This document shows, one piece after another, positions 13,541 to 27,497 of a stretch of 64,000 bases of DNA (position 1 is its first letter; each line of letters begins with the position of its first letter). Both the position numbers and the translations under genes were made by a program. The stretch lies in NCBI RefSeq assembly GCF_006345805.1, contig NC_043008.1:70122001-70186000 (forward strand). The letters run 5' to 3'. The notes beneath the pieces are model-generated. The model was not told where the DNA came from and made no database searches. It saw only the letters and a program-made list of their open reading frames with translations. The DNA comes from Octopus sinensis. Its lineage: Eukaryota.

Positions 13541-14199
13541 ATTTTGGGTAGTCGTCTCACATCTTCCCCTCTCATTCAGAAACCTTACTACAAAATATAA
13601 TGTTTAGGTATGGAAATGACTCCAACTGAACCAACGTTTCATCTGTAAAAAATGCAATGTGAAACATCTACTTATAAGTTGGCAATTAAGTAAAAATTTA
13701 CAATAGTTTAAAGTGGCTGAGGACTTTGTGGAAGGAAGCCAAGTATACCTTCACTGAGGAGTGGCTAGCAAATGATGAAATGGTCCATCAGGAGACTCCA
13801 CCCATTTTTTTCTTCTCATCAGTATCACAGAAAGAAATGTGTTTATATTCTTATTCTCCCCACCTAGGTGAAGCTTTGGAATGTATGTGTGTGTGTGTAT
13901 ATATATATATAATACAGATACACACATATGTGATGGGTTTTCTACAGTTTCCATCCATCTCATCACCTCACAATAGATTAATTGGTATGTTCTGTACGTG
14001 CTGGATTGAACCCAAAATGACAATATTTATCAAGTAGTGAACTTTTTAACTATACAACTGTGCTTGTGTTTTGTATTAAACTCCTAATTTTTTTTTACCT
14101 AAGTAAATATAGTAGGCCTCCTGGATTTAGACTGACCTAGGGTTAAACAACAACAGCAAAGAAAATATCCCACCACTACTACAGCTTTTAGTTGTTGTT

Positions 14200-14242
<43 letters not shown>

Positions 14243-15297
14243 ATATGTTTTATAGAGAGAACTTGCAAAGTTGCAGGTTATGTGAAGTGGTGTGGTGCAC
14301 AGCTTGCAGTGATTGCAGTGAACAGCTGTTGAATGTATGTTAAGAAGGGCACTTATTTGGCACCATTGCATGGGTTCCACCTATCCACTGCATGGTACCA
14401 TGTGCAGTAACAGTAACAATAATGATAACAGCTGCTGTACACACATGCGGTAATGTTGACATGAACTGTCACCCCTGTGGAAATGGTTCTTTGAAGTGAT
14501 AATTATAGAAAGGAAATGATATCATCATCGCCTTCACAGCCACAACCTCCGCCACCACTGTCATTATCATTGTCGCCATCATAATCATCATTATCATCAT
14601 TACAACCATAGCCACTAATCTCATTGTCATTGTCATCATCACCATCATCATTAACATTGTGGTTGTTGTTGTCTTCCTATTTGTCATCACTGCTTTTGCT
14701 CTTTTGCAACCATCATCACACACATCATCTAATATCATCTTTCTTATATACATTTAATAAAATATACTTAATGCAATCCATAAAGTGATTGGTATTAGGA
14801 AAACCTTCAAACCATAGAAACCATGCTAAAAAGTGTGTCATGCAAGAAAGACTTGGTCCTCTGACATGCACACACACACAAATAAATAAATAAATAAATA
14901 AATATATATATATATATAATATATTCACAACATACATACATACACACATACATGATTGAGGAAGGAAGCCAGGCATATCTTCACTGAGAAGTGGTTAGCA
15001 AATGATGAAATGGTCCATCAGGAGACTCCACTCATTTTTTTTACTTTTCATCAGTAGCACAGAAAGAATGTTTCTACATTTTTATTCCCCACTCTCAGAT
15101 GAAGCTTTGGAATGTGTGTGTACATACATATATATAGTGCACTCTGCTGAGTAGTTGGTGTCAGGCAAGGCATCCAGCTGTAAAAATCCTGTCAAAGCAC
15201 TCACAGAAGTCTGGTGCAGGCTTCTGCCTGGCCAGCTCTTGTGAAACCGTCCCACTCATGGCAGCATGGTAGGCAGACATTAAACGATGATGATGAT

Positions 15298-15332
<35 letters not shown>

Positions 15333-15333
15333 A

Positions 15334-15977
15334 AACTAGAAAAGCACTCAGAGAGCGTAGATCTCTGCCAAGCAGCTCATTTCCACCCATATACACACAT
15401 GCTGAAAATCACCCAATTTCCCAAGCCAACGCTGGCAAAGGCATAACCTCCTTGGTGAGATTTAAAAAAAAACACAGCCATATGATTTAAAAAAAAAAAA
15501 ATCCTTTAAAAACAGGAAATATCTAAAGCTGTTATAATACATCAATGAAAAGCGCAAGCTAGTTTCACCATACAACTAAAAAGAAACAACAATTACCTAA
15601 AACTTGAGTGATACGCACACAATAAGTAATATAAATAATAGAGAAATGAAAATAAACTTTGGAAATAGCAACGCTACCATAGGTTACCTGGAAACGATGA
15701 ACGTGTTTTCAAGGGAGGTAATCAAAGAATGTAACATTGTAATACTTCATATAAAATAAATATAGCGAATGAAAAATCCTTCAAGAATCCATAAAAATTC
15801 TCGGATCACAACCAAAATTTCATCATCTGTTTCTTGTGTCATTATCAACTGTTCATGCAAGTTTCATCAAATTCCATTCACAACTTTTTGAGTTATTTTG
15901 CACACAGACGGACAGACAAAGGGACAGACTGACAATGCCAATGAACGTATAACCTCCTTCCTTGGTGGAGGTAATAA
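15334..15977 (+). mobile_element. Helentron/DINE-1-like non-autonomous rolling-circle element
   Basis: Begins aactag, has an internal (GACA)n-like tract at 15907-15934 and a subterminal hairpin ataacctcc-ttccttggt-ggaggtaat before an A-rich end. This is the usual HINE/DINE-1 layout. Confidence 0.6.
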
Positions 15978-16048
15978 ATAAACATATATTTACTTGTATG
16001 TAAACACACCCGTGCATACAATCTTTTCCTCTATTTATCTATCTGTCC

Positions 16049-16085
<37 letters not shown>

Positions 16086-16089
<4 letters not shown>

Positions 16090-16598
16090 TCATCATCATC
16101 ATCATCATTTAACGTCCGCTTTCCATGCTAGCATGGGTTGGACGGTTCAACTGGGGTCTGGGGAGCCCGAAAGCTGCACCAGTCCAGTCAGATCTGGCAG
16201 TGTTTCTACAGCTGGATGCCCTTCCTAACGCCAACCACTCCGAGAGTGTAGTGGGTGATTTTATGTGCCACCGACACAGGTGCCAGACGAGGCTGGCAAA
16301 CGGCCACGCTCGGATGGTGTTTTTTATGTGCCACCGACACAGGTGCCAGACGAGGCTGGCAGACGGCCACGCTCGGATGTTGTTTTTATGTGCCACTGAC
16401 ACAGGTGCCAGATGAGGCTGGCAAACGGCCACGATCGGATGGTGTTTGTTACGTGCCCACAGCACGGAGGCCAGTCGATGCGGTACTGGCTACGGCCACG
16501 TTCGGATGGTTTTCTTGTGTGCCACGTGCCACCGGCACTGGTACCACAAAGATACAAATTCCATTGATGTTCATCTATTTTGATTTGTTTTGATTTGA
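16086..16598 (-). mobile_element. Young family-B SINE-like element with (ATG)n tail and internal ~62-bp tandem array
   Basis: CpG-rich, with diagnostic block ctggatgcccttcctaacgccaaccact and 3-4 copies of ttttatgtgccaccgacacaggtgccagacgaggctggc..acggccacgctcggatg. An older relative lies at 38630-39140. Truncated relatives lie near 250-420, 7170-7390, 15140-15300, 20770-20940, 22420-22580, 45580-45930 and 55790-55960. Confidence 0.8.
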
Positions 16599-17339
16599 AA
16601 TGAGGAACATACTTCGCATTTATCTTACTAACTCCATCTCTACCTTCCAATCATAAAGGTTTCTTAACAAATTACCATTACTACTTCTTTCTCAATTGCT
16701 GGCATCATTGCATGGGCACATTCTGCTCTTGTACAGGGTCTCACTGGTCAAGGGACCTAGTTTTGATCCTTGTATTCTGTGGCTTGCTGAGAATAAATAT
16801 ATACTGTAGGGCCCTTTGCATTGGTTTGCTTGAAGGCTTAGAATGCAGCTAAAATGTCCCTGATTAGCATTACTGTTGCTCTTCATTGATCACTGCAGCA
16901 ATGTCCTCTCTGCTACCATCTTCTCTACCATTCTACCAGAACAATAACTCTATTCTTCCCTTCATATTTTTACATCTCTCATCATTTCACGCCATATATA
17001 CTTTATCTCATCACCAGTCCTTCTATTCTACTCTTTAGCATAGTGGAAGCTCTTTAGACTTGCAAGATGTAAAATGATTCTTCTAGTGCTGGTGCCATGA
17101 TAAAATGCACCCTAAACATTTTGTAAAGTTGTTGGCAAAATGAACATAGACAACAAAGGGTTGAGCAGTCAGTTTGATATTGCTGAAAACATGATAACCT
17201 TTCTTCTGCTACTGCCATTATAAAATGAACCTAATGCAATCCGAAAACCTTCAAACCATAGAAGCCATGCTAAAAAGTGTGTCATGCAAGAAAGACTTGG
17301 TCCTCTGACACATTTAAGTGAGTAAGGGAGCACACTGCC

Positions 17340-17750
17340 TCTACTGGTCAGGACACATCATATGTATCCCTCAACCGAGACCAGCTCAAGGCCACTCTCC
17401 TCTGCTGGTCCATTGATCCAAATATGCTGGTCCATTAACCCAAGAACCATCCAAAGTGGTGGCATGTCATCTTTGAGGGAACAGACCAGATAGAAAATAA
17501 CAGATGTCAAGAAGCAGAGATCACATGTAAAAGATGCAAAAAGCGACTTGCACTTTCTCATCCCCCACCAACCCTCCCCTGTGATAAATGCCTTTGACTC
17601 TTCTATATCACCCTTGGCCTGAACAACCACCTCAGGCCCTGGCATGCTTTGTACCCATTAGGATGAAGTGGCTCAATCCCTCGCTACAGATTAGCTGCTT
17701 AGATACGAGTTAATACCATCACTGCTATCAACGACAATGTGGATGAATTA
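17340..17750 (+). mobile_element. RTE/BovB-like LINE 3' end
   Basis: QLKATLLCWSIDPNML...KWWHVIFEG...KRCKKRL...PTLPCDKC..LF...GLNNHLR resembles the RTE C-terminus with its CxxC...GLxSHxR zinc finger. Confidence 0.65.
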
Positions 17751-17957
17751 GCACTCAATTAGAATTGATTTATTCCATGACAATCCATCCAACTTAAGCT
17801 AGATGGAATGCAGATGTAAAATCATTGTTACTGGTGGTGGGGTATATGTTGGGTTTTATAAAGTCATTGTGTAATTTTAAATATTTGTAACTTCAGTTTT
17901 ATCAAAGACAAAATTATATGATATAATTATGAAACGGTTAATGATACAAATTCTTCT

Positions 17958-18330
17958 ATTCTTTTACTTGTTTCAGTCATTTGACTGTGGCCATGCTGGG
18001 GCACAGCCTTTAGTTGAGTAAATCAAATTCTTTGTAAGCCTAGTACTTATTCTATCAGTCTCTTTTGCTGAACTACTAAGTTATGGGGATGTAACCACAC
18101 CAGCATCGGTTGTCAAGCAATGTTGGGGGGACAAATACAGACACACAAACATATACACACACACACATATATACAATGGGCTTCGTTCAGTTTCCGTCTA
18201 CCAAATCCACTCGGAGGGCTTTGGTTGGCCTAAGGCTATAGTAGAAGACACTTGCCCAACATGCCACGCAGTAGGACTGAACCTGGAACCATGTGGTTGG
18301 TAAGCAAGCTACTTACCACACAACTTCTCC
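17958..18330 (-). mobile_element. Family-C tRNA-derived SINE, near full length
   Basis: Minus-strand head gtggtaagtagcttgcttaccaaccacatggttccaggttcagtcc...ttgggcaagtgtcttctactatagcc and tail actgaaacaagtaaaag. Other copies at about 7500-8020(+), 19274-20110, 38110-38480, 58780-58940, 59720-60090(+) and 61810-62140. Confidence 0.85.
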
Positions 18331-19207
18331 TAGTAGTACATTATATATATGTATGACATATGATAGAATATTATATTAACATTATATTATACTACATTAA
18401 TGATATATCATATGGTAGAATTAATCTGTGAATAGTACAAGTGAAAGCTTATATTATTTTTAAACAGATTCTTTATTTTCTGTATGCCCATCAATATTAT
18501 ATTTACAATCATTGATGTAATTCTAAAGGTCTATAAATACATTTTGCAGCCGATATTTTGGTTATACCCTGAATCACTGTTAACATAGCTCTCAAGTCAT
18601 TTACAGAACAAGGTTTATTTAAATAACATGTCTTGATAGGTTTGCCTCAAATAAAGTTTGAAATAATTATTAATCTTTTCAGTAGATTAATAGACAATAA
18701 TAAAAATATGTTTGATTGATGAGAATAAAAATATTTGCATCAGATTTCCAAATGTTCCTGTTCAGATTAATTCAGTCACATAAAGAACTAAGGCTGGGAA
18801 CATTTAAAATATAAAATTACATAAGGATGTTATAATGCCCGTGTGTATATATATATATATATATATATGAAAGAGAAAGGAAATGGAATTCTCAAGATTC
18901 TTTACTAAACCACTACGATCGTTTTAACCCATAAGCTATCAATCCTCTTGGGTGAGAGTCTGTACAAATAGTTGTGGTGCATCATTTGTTGCAGATATGA
19001 ATGAACTTTGAGAAACTCAATCACATCTTACAGTGTTAAAAATGCATCAGTATATCAGTGGCAGGTAAAAATCATCCAGCACATGCACATTTTAGCTTCA
19101 TCAGTAACAAGTATCCACTGGTAACTACTGATATATATAGTAAAACAATAATGGAGAATTTTGCTTTAGCATACTGCTGGTACTTACTACTAACAAAGCT
19201 CAAAGAG

Positions 19208-19249
<42 letters not shown>

Positions 19250-19273
19250 CCCATATATATATATATATATATA

Positions 19274-19826
19274 TGGCTTCAGTCATTAGACTGTGGCCAT
19301 GCTGGGGCATCACCTCGAAGAATTTTTAGTTGAATGAATCAACCTCGGGATTTATTTTTTAAAGCCTGGTACTTATCCTACCAGACTCTTTTTGCCAAAG
19401 TGCTAAGTTATGGGAACATAAACAAACCAACCCCAATTGTCAAGTAGTGTCGGGAGACAAATACAGACACAAAGACACACATACATGCATACTGATTTGG
19501 CATGGATTCTACAGCTGTGGATGTCCTTCCTAATGCCACATATATATATATACATATATATGGCTTCAGTCATTAGACTGTGGCCATGCTGGGGCATCAC
19601 CTCGAAGAATTTTTAGTTGAATGAATCAACCTCGGGATTTATTTTTTAAAGCCTGGTACTTATCCTACCAGACTCTTTTTGCCAAAGTGCTAAGTTATGG
19701 GAACATAAACAAACCAACCCCAATTGTCAAGTAGTGTCGGGAGACAAATACAGACACAAAGACACACATACATGCATACTGATTTGGCATGGATTCTACA
19801 GCTGTGGATGTCCTTCCTAATGCCAC

Positions 19827-19847
<21 letters not shown>
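19274..19847. repeat. Near-perfect 287-bp direct tandem duplication
   Basis: tggcttcagtcattagactg... starts at both 19274 and 19561. The two units read identically by eye and are bounded by (TA)n. Confidence 0.92.
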
Positions 19848-19861
<14 letters not shown>

Positions 19862-20270
19862 AAACGGGAAAGTTTACGAAAATAAACAAAAGACGAAGGC
19901 AGGTGGAGTACAAACAAAAACAAATGTATTAGTATAGCGCTCAGGAATAGAAATATATATATATACACACATATATAACACACACGCACACACAAATATA
20001 TATATATAGGACAGACTTCCTTCAGTTCTCATTTACCAAATCCATTCATAAAGTTTTGGTTGTCCCAAGGCTATAGTAGAAGACACTTGCTCAAGGTGCT
20101 GTGCAGAGGGATATATATATATATTGATATTGTAAGGTTTATGTTGACTGAGTTTGCAATAAATTTGATTATGCATCAGTATTAATTTCCCATTTCCTCA
20201 ACAATAAATTTTTCATTGTTATTCTTAAACTAGCTTTAAGATAATGACATCAATTTCATATGTGTGTGTA

Positions 20271-20325
<55 letters not shown>

Positions 20326-21967
20326 AATGCATGTATGTGTGTTGTCTGCGAATGGATATGCATGCATGTGTGCTTGTGTTACGTGTGTGTGTATAATTAG
20401 ATACTTAATTATCAAATCAGCTATCAAAATAAGGTTGGGGGAAGGAAAGGATGCAAGTAGCTGATGTATACAATGTTTGACCATCCCCACCATCTCCGCC
20501 ACTCTCACTACCAGCCCACCACCATCCTGTTATAGTAGAACTGGTATTAACAGATTAAGACAGCTTAAATTCTTCAAGATAAGACACACTAGGTCTCTGA
20601 AAGACTTGAAATGATGTATGTATGTCTGGTTTATTGTATGTGTGCTTGCAGATGTGTGTATGTAAATATTTTGAAAAACAATCAAGATTTGGGTGTATAA
20701 AGTGGTATTAATGAGATGGTATAATGTATGCCTGTGCGCACACACATATACATATCTATATATATATAATCATCATCATCAACATTTAATGTCTGTTTTC
20801 CATGCTGTCATGGGTTGGACAGCTTTACAAGAACTGGCAAGGCCAAGTCTCATAGTCTGTTTTGGCTTAGTTTCTACAGCTGGATGCCCTTCTTAATGCC
20901 AACCACTTTTCAGGGAGAACTGGGTACTTTTTACATGACACTTTGGTTTTAAGATATCATTTTTCTTGTGGTGGGTGGATCCTCTTTCTGTGTGTGTGAG
21001 TGTGGTGTGTACACCCCCCACACCTACACACATATTGGTATTTAATAGCAGTTTGATTTGGCTCCATACAAACTAAATTTGTGTAGCCTTGTCATATGAA
21101 CCTAACTCCTCAGTTTACTTAAGCCTGAAGATCTTGAACCTTCTGATGAACCAATGAAGCTTTAAGTTGCATGGAGCTGAATCAAATTGTTATCACATAC
21201 TAATATATATAGACTCCGAACAAATGTGCTCAGTGCCTCTCGTTCTTTCAGTGAAATAACACGTATCAATGTGGCACATACTAGAAATAACAGTCAAATC
21301 CCTCTCTCTCTTTCTCTCTCTCTGTTAGAAAAAAGGATGCAATTAATAATGTTGTAACAGAAAAAGCTAGAATGATCATTGTTGGAATGCTATTGATTGT
21401 ATACCTGAGATATACGAGAGATATCCATCAATAACTAGTATTCCACTAATACCATCTGTTTGTCTGTACTCATTGCACTTGTTACTACTACTACTACTAC
21501 TACCACCACCACCACCACCACCACCACCACTACTACTACTACTATTCCCTCCTCCCATTGTCTCTACAGTCATCACTCCTATCAGGACTACCCTTATTAT
21601 TACTGCTACCACCATTACTGCTATCACCTTCGCAGCCCTCCCATCCTTAGATGTGATAGCTTGAGTGAGTAAAAGCTGAGGCAGCAATCGTCTGGTACTC
21701 ATTTGGCACTGAACAGACTGAGGCAAATTTGAAATGAAGCCCTTTGCTGAAGGACACAATACTCTCTCCAGTCCTAGGATCAAACCCGCAGCTTTATGAT
21801 TGCGAAGCTCATACTTCTAACCTCTAAGCCATGCTCTTTCACTTGCATGTGCACTCACACACACATATAGACACACATACACACTCACACATACACACAA
21901 GCACGTGTGTGTATGTGAGAAGATGATGTAAGAAAAGGAAAATTTTAAGTATTACTCCAGTCAATGA

Positions 21968-22194
21968 TTAACACTTTAGCACTTGAACCAGCCACATCCA
22001 GCCCCCAAATTCTAACTGTTTTATGTTTAAACTGGCCAGATCTGACTTTTCACGCCTATCCTACAATGTCATTCAAAAACTAAACAATCAAACCATCAAA
22101 ATGTCATTGCTATGAAATAATGCATGATTAATTCAAAACAAGGTAAATAAACAAACATTAGATTTGATGGAGTAATCTGATGCTGGAGGGTTAA
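21968..22194. mobile_element. TTAA-flanked piggyBac-type MITE; copies at 50005-50234 and inverted at ~53527-53757
   Basis: Ends ttaacactttagca...tgctggagggttaa. Internal block tgtttaaactggccagat...caatgtcatt is shared among the three copies. Confidence 0.7.
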
Positions 22195-23049
22195 CGATAC
22201 ATGCAAAGTGGATAAGGTACAGATGTGGCAGGGTCGTTGAAAAGCCTGCTTTCCAGCCATGTGGTTTTGGGTTCAATCCCTCTAAGTGTTTTCTACTTTA
22301 GCCCCTAGTCAACCAAAGCCTTTAAATTAATTTGGGAGATGGAAATTGAAGGAAGTCTATTGTTTAAATATATGCGTGTGTGAAAGTGTATGCTTGTATC
22401 ACTTTGTCTTAAACATTGCATCATCATCATCATTTAACGTTCGCTTTCCAAGCTGGCATGGGTTGGACGGTTTGACTGAGAACTGGCGAGCCAGCTGACT
22501 GCACCAGGCTCCAATCTGATCTGGCAGAGTTTCTACAGCTGGATGTCCTTCCTAACGCCAACCACTCAGAGAGTGTAATTATTGCATAATTATTATAAAT
22601 GAATGTCATCCATTTCCATTATTCTGCAGAAATATATCCACCTGTGGGGAAAATATTACCTCACTTTGAAACAAACAGGTTATGAATAGGCAACAGAAAG
22701 GGTGTCTGGCCATAGAAAATCTGCCTCAATAAACTCTAGCCAACCCATGGAAGCATGGAAAAGTGAATGTTAAAATGATGATGTAAAAATATGAAATTAT
22801 GAAAAGAGATGTTATTTTCTAAGCAGCTCATCATCGATGGACTGCATGATAATTCTATATGTAAATATTTTGTTTCTCGATACAAATCACAATTTTAGTT
22901 ACTTTATTCATCATTAAATCCTGTTTATGAGAAGTTAACATATTTTAAAAATCAAACGATTCTTTGTTGCACTGTTTTCTTAAACATTGTTGTTTGCTCA
23001 CTTTGTAAACATAGATTATGATGATAATGATGATGATTATGCCGATGTT

Positions 23050-23081
23050 TAATAATAATAATAATAATAATAATGATAATA

Positions 23082-23112
<31 letters not shown>

Positions 23113-24660
23113 TGATTCTTTCTATTATTGGCACAACACCTGAAATTTTGTGTGAACGGGGTTAGCCGATTACATTGACCTCAGTGTTTAACTAGTTCTT
23201 ATTTCATCAACGTTGAAAGATGAAAGGCAAAGTCAAACTCAGTGGAATTTGAACTCAGAACATAAAGGTGAACAAAATGCTGATAAGCATTTTGCTAAGC
23301 ATGCTAACTATTCTACCAGCGCACCACTTTAATAATAATAATAACGATGGACTCGCCTTTCAAAGACAACATATGAGCTTTCAGCCTTTGCTGAACGATC
23401 TGCACAAATTTGTTTATAGTGAACAATAATGTCTGTGCCACACATTCGCTCACTCTCTCTCCATCAAATCAATGTTGTCTGAACAGATGCACTGTGTGCC
23501 ACATGTCAGTTGTTGAAGTGATCACTGAGCAATGTGAGATGAAGTGTTTTGCTCAAGAAAACAATGCACCACCGTGTCTAGGGATTGAAATTACAATCAT
23601 TGGTTTGTAAGTGCAATACCCTAACCACTAAGCCATGTACCCTCACTAATAGTAATAACAATCCTTTCTACTAAAGGCACAAGGCACAAAATTTTGAGGG
23701 AGGGGCCTATCCAATTACATCAACCCCAGTGTTTCACTGGTGCTTAATTTACTGACCCCAAAGGATGAAAGGCAAAATCGACTTTGGCAGAATTTGAACT
23801 CAGAATACTGGTAAACATTTCACCCAGTGTCCTGACAATTCTGCCAGTTCACTACCTTTATAGTAATAACAATAAATATAAAATGAACGCAAGTCCTGAA
23901 ATTGAGGAAGGAATTAGTCGGTTACCTTGATCCCAATACTAGGCAGGTACTTTATTGTTCCCAATTCTAAAATTATGATAGACTATGTTGATTTTGGCAG
24001 GATGTGAGCGCAGAGTCTAAAATATCTGAACAAATAATGCAAAGTACTTTTTCCAATGCTCTAGTGATTCTACCAATAATAACGATATAGGTACCAAGCC
24101 AGCAATTTTAAAGGGTGGGGTAAGTTGATACCTTCGATGCTCCAGGACTTCACTGCTATTTTATTTCATTGACCCCAAAAAAGATGAAAACAATAGCACT
24201 ACTACTACTACTACTACTACTACTACATAATAATAATAATAATAATAATAATATAATAATAATCTTTTCTACTATAGGCACAAAGCCTGAAATTTAGGGG
24301 AAGGGGGCTAGTTGATTAGATTGACCCCAGTATGCAAGTGGTACTTAATTGACCCGACAGATGAAAGGCAAAGTTGACTTTGGTAGAATTTGAACATAGA
24401 GTGTAAAGACAGACAAAAAACCACTAAGCATTTTGCCCGGCATGCTAATGATTCTGCTAGCTCACTGATTTAATAATAATGATGATGATAATAATAAAAA
24501 GAAGAAGAATGTAAATATTAATTATAATAATAAGAGTTTTAAATTTTGCTACAAGGCTAGCAAAATTTAAGAGACAGAGGGTTAGTCAATTACATTGACC
24601 CCAGCACTTGACTGGTACTTCACCCAACCCGAAAGGATGAAAAGTAAAAGTTGATAATAA
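23050..24660 (-). mobile_element. Dense array of family-A and family-D SINEs nested in (AAT)n/(ACT)n tracts
   Basis: At least five family-A cores (gaaaggcaaagt.gac...gaatttgaac) plus one family-D copy (cctaaccactaagccatg) at 23350-23645, separated by triplet repeats. Confidence 0.8.
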
Positions 24661-27269
24661 AAAGAACAACAGTAAACGACAATAATAATAGTAGCAATAA
24701 TAATAAAAATAGATTCTGGGTTGAATGACAACAAGGCTGAGGAAACAGTGCTCCATAAGAAAATATAGCATATCCAATAACAACATTCACTCTAAGAGGC
24801 AAATTTACAATCCAAGTAGATAGGGATGTTATTTAGTCTTACAGTAAGTACAACAAATATTTATTTTATGTCTTCGTTGTCTTGAAGTGGCATAAAATAT
24901 TGTGTTTACTGTAACAAGTAATGTGTGCAATCACAAAATGTAGGACATATAAATAAATCTAAATGAACCCGACTTAAAAGAAGCTGAATGCTATAGAATA
25001 CATCATTGATGACCAACAATAAAGACTGCAATAAAAATGGTACCTTTTAACTGAGGATATATGAGGAATGTCGTAGCAGGAGTTTAATGTGATCAAGCTA
25101 TGAATCACATGTAACAAGAGTGGCAGAAGTAGTGTCCTTTAAAAATGTTCATCTTTGACAAAATGGCCCGCTTGCTATTGCTAGCATTCCATCAAATTAA
25201 AACAAAAATAACCTGAGAATGATGCAGTCAAAAAAAAAAAAAAGTAAGAAAAGCAATACCTTCAAATGAAGTGTTATATACATACTCTACAGCAATATGA
25301 TATCTAGAACATACCAGTACCATGAAAAAGAAAAAAATTTAAAAAAACAAGAAAGATATATGAGATCTAGAAAAGAAAAAAAATGAAGATGTAAAATACC
25401 AAATATTATTAGTAAATATAACACACATTTATCATAAACAATAAAAAATACCTTGGAAACAAGAAAGAACTTATATGAAAATGTGCATGTGTGTAATCAC
25501 ACACACATATACAAATTTGCACACACACACACCTATATATAGACAGATATACAGATATATAAATATATATACAGACATATACACACACAGAGATATATAA
25601 ATATATGTATATATTTTGTGGGTAATATGAAAAACAAAATTGACCACATAAAACATAGATAAAGCTCATACAAACTAATGAAAGCACCAAAACTAAAATC
25701 CTAAAAACGATGATGACTAAACAAGAGCTACTGGAAACAAGTATTGGAATAATGAGCAACAAGAAAAATATGCATCATCTTTCTGAAGAGCGGCAACAAA
25801 CAGATTAAACGCACATCATAATAGAATAAGCAGTGTCAACAATGTGGAAAAGCTAACAAAAACAATCAACTGTAGAGGTGACCATAAGAAAATCAATAAA
25901 CTGGGATTATCAAAAACAGGTTCCCAAGCTCTTCATGAGTAAATATCTGTGGGAAATAATAGACTAAATATAATACGATCCTCACAGAAATTCTTTCTGC
26001 TGAATGAAACTGTGTAAGTGATGGTGGTACTGAAGGAAACAAAGTTAAGTTGTATTGAAACACATCAGCCATCAGCGAATTCAATCGAAAAGAAACATGA
26101 AGAAAATATATGAGGTCATCAAAAAGAGAAAATAACCATCTTCAGTTAAACTGGGAAGGAATTTTCTGATACAGAAGAGAAATAAATAAAACAAATATAT
26201 ACAGAAATACAAAATGCAATCATCATTACTATCATTTTATTGTTTGGTTTTCTGTGTTTGCATGGTTTAGGCAAAATTAAATGAAGCAGATTTTCAGTGG
26301 AGTGGACTGATACCTTTCCTGCCACTGACCCTCATTTGTGTCTAAGCAAGGTAATATTTCCCTATGTCTGAATGTTTTCATGGAAGATTGATTCAAATAA
26401 TGTATTTCCATGATGACACATGGCCTAGTTGCTTTCTGATCATAAGATTGTTAGTTTGGTTTCTTGACTGGGTGGCACATTGTGTCCTGGAGTGAGGGAC
26501 TTCATTTCACATTGCTCCAGACAACACAGATGCAAATGAATACTTGCCAAGTGCTACTACATCTCTCCCCACCTATCTCTCTCTCTCTCTTCATCTTCCA
26601 CATTTTCTGTTTTTTTGGGGGGTGGTCATAGAGGTTTTTCCATGCCTGCTAGTAACTACTAAGGGGACCTAAAACAACCAGTGAAAGTGTGTTGCAAGTT
26701 ACCAGATTATATCTGTTGACATGTGACAGCCAGACTTTTAGTATACCACCATGCAAGAAACTGATCTTCACAGCTTTTCAATGTATCACATAGAAACGAA
26801 CCCCTGCTGGTTATTAGATGGAGAAATAATGAAAATGAATGTCAAAATAAAATCACACCAGGGAACTTAAAATCTTCATACCAATAACACTGTGCAACAA
26901 AATATTTTCTTTTGTCTTTGGTCAGTAAGTGCTATTTCCTATTTGCCTCTATTGAGAAAGCAGAGGAAATAATGACTATTCCCTTCAAACTTTGCTTTTG
27001 TGAGCTGGACATCAATGCTTTGAAATTAACCTAGTTTCTATTAAATTTCAGACATATTCGGTGCTGAGTTGCTGAAGTAGAAATATCGTTATAGCAAATA
27101 TTCTGTTCAATACCAGAGATTTGTTTCTCTTTTGCTTGACCTTGAGTATGTCCATTAGTGACTGACAATATGTGCATCTCTGATCATTAGTAGTGTAGTG
27201 GGGGGAGCATGACAGCCATATGTTGGGAGAGATTCTTTGCAGTTTGAATAAATATAACAAAACTTAAGT

Positions 27270-27497
27270 TTAACCCTTTCGTTACTGTATTTATTTTGAA
27301 ATGCTCTGTATTTCTTTCAGTTACTTTAAATATAACAAAGAATTTAGTAAAATAACTTAGTCATCATTCAGCTAGTGTTGGTAACATAAATTGTGAGTAA
27401 GGCTTGGTAGAAGATTTTAATTCAAAACTTATGAAAACAGGACATTTGTACTCAGAGCCAGAGCCGGTTTCAGCCGGGTTGGTAACAAAAGGGTTAA
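27270..27497. mobile_element. piggyBac-type MITE with TTAA target duplication; diverged copy at 27837-28033
   Basis: TTAA-CCCTTTCGTTAC ... GTAACAAAAGGG-TTAA. It is inserted within the 26890-27590 element. Confidence 0.85.

Noticed and set aside
16250-16530. CRISPR-like or repeat-protein appearance
   Set aside because: Contiguous tandem units with no unique spacers, inside a eukaryotic SINE; no cas genes.
24690-26200. Possible further R4/Dong LINE body
   Set aside because: Purine-rich and LINE-like but too decayed to identify motifs reliably.
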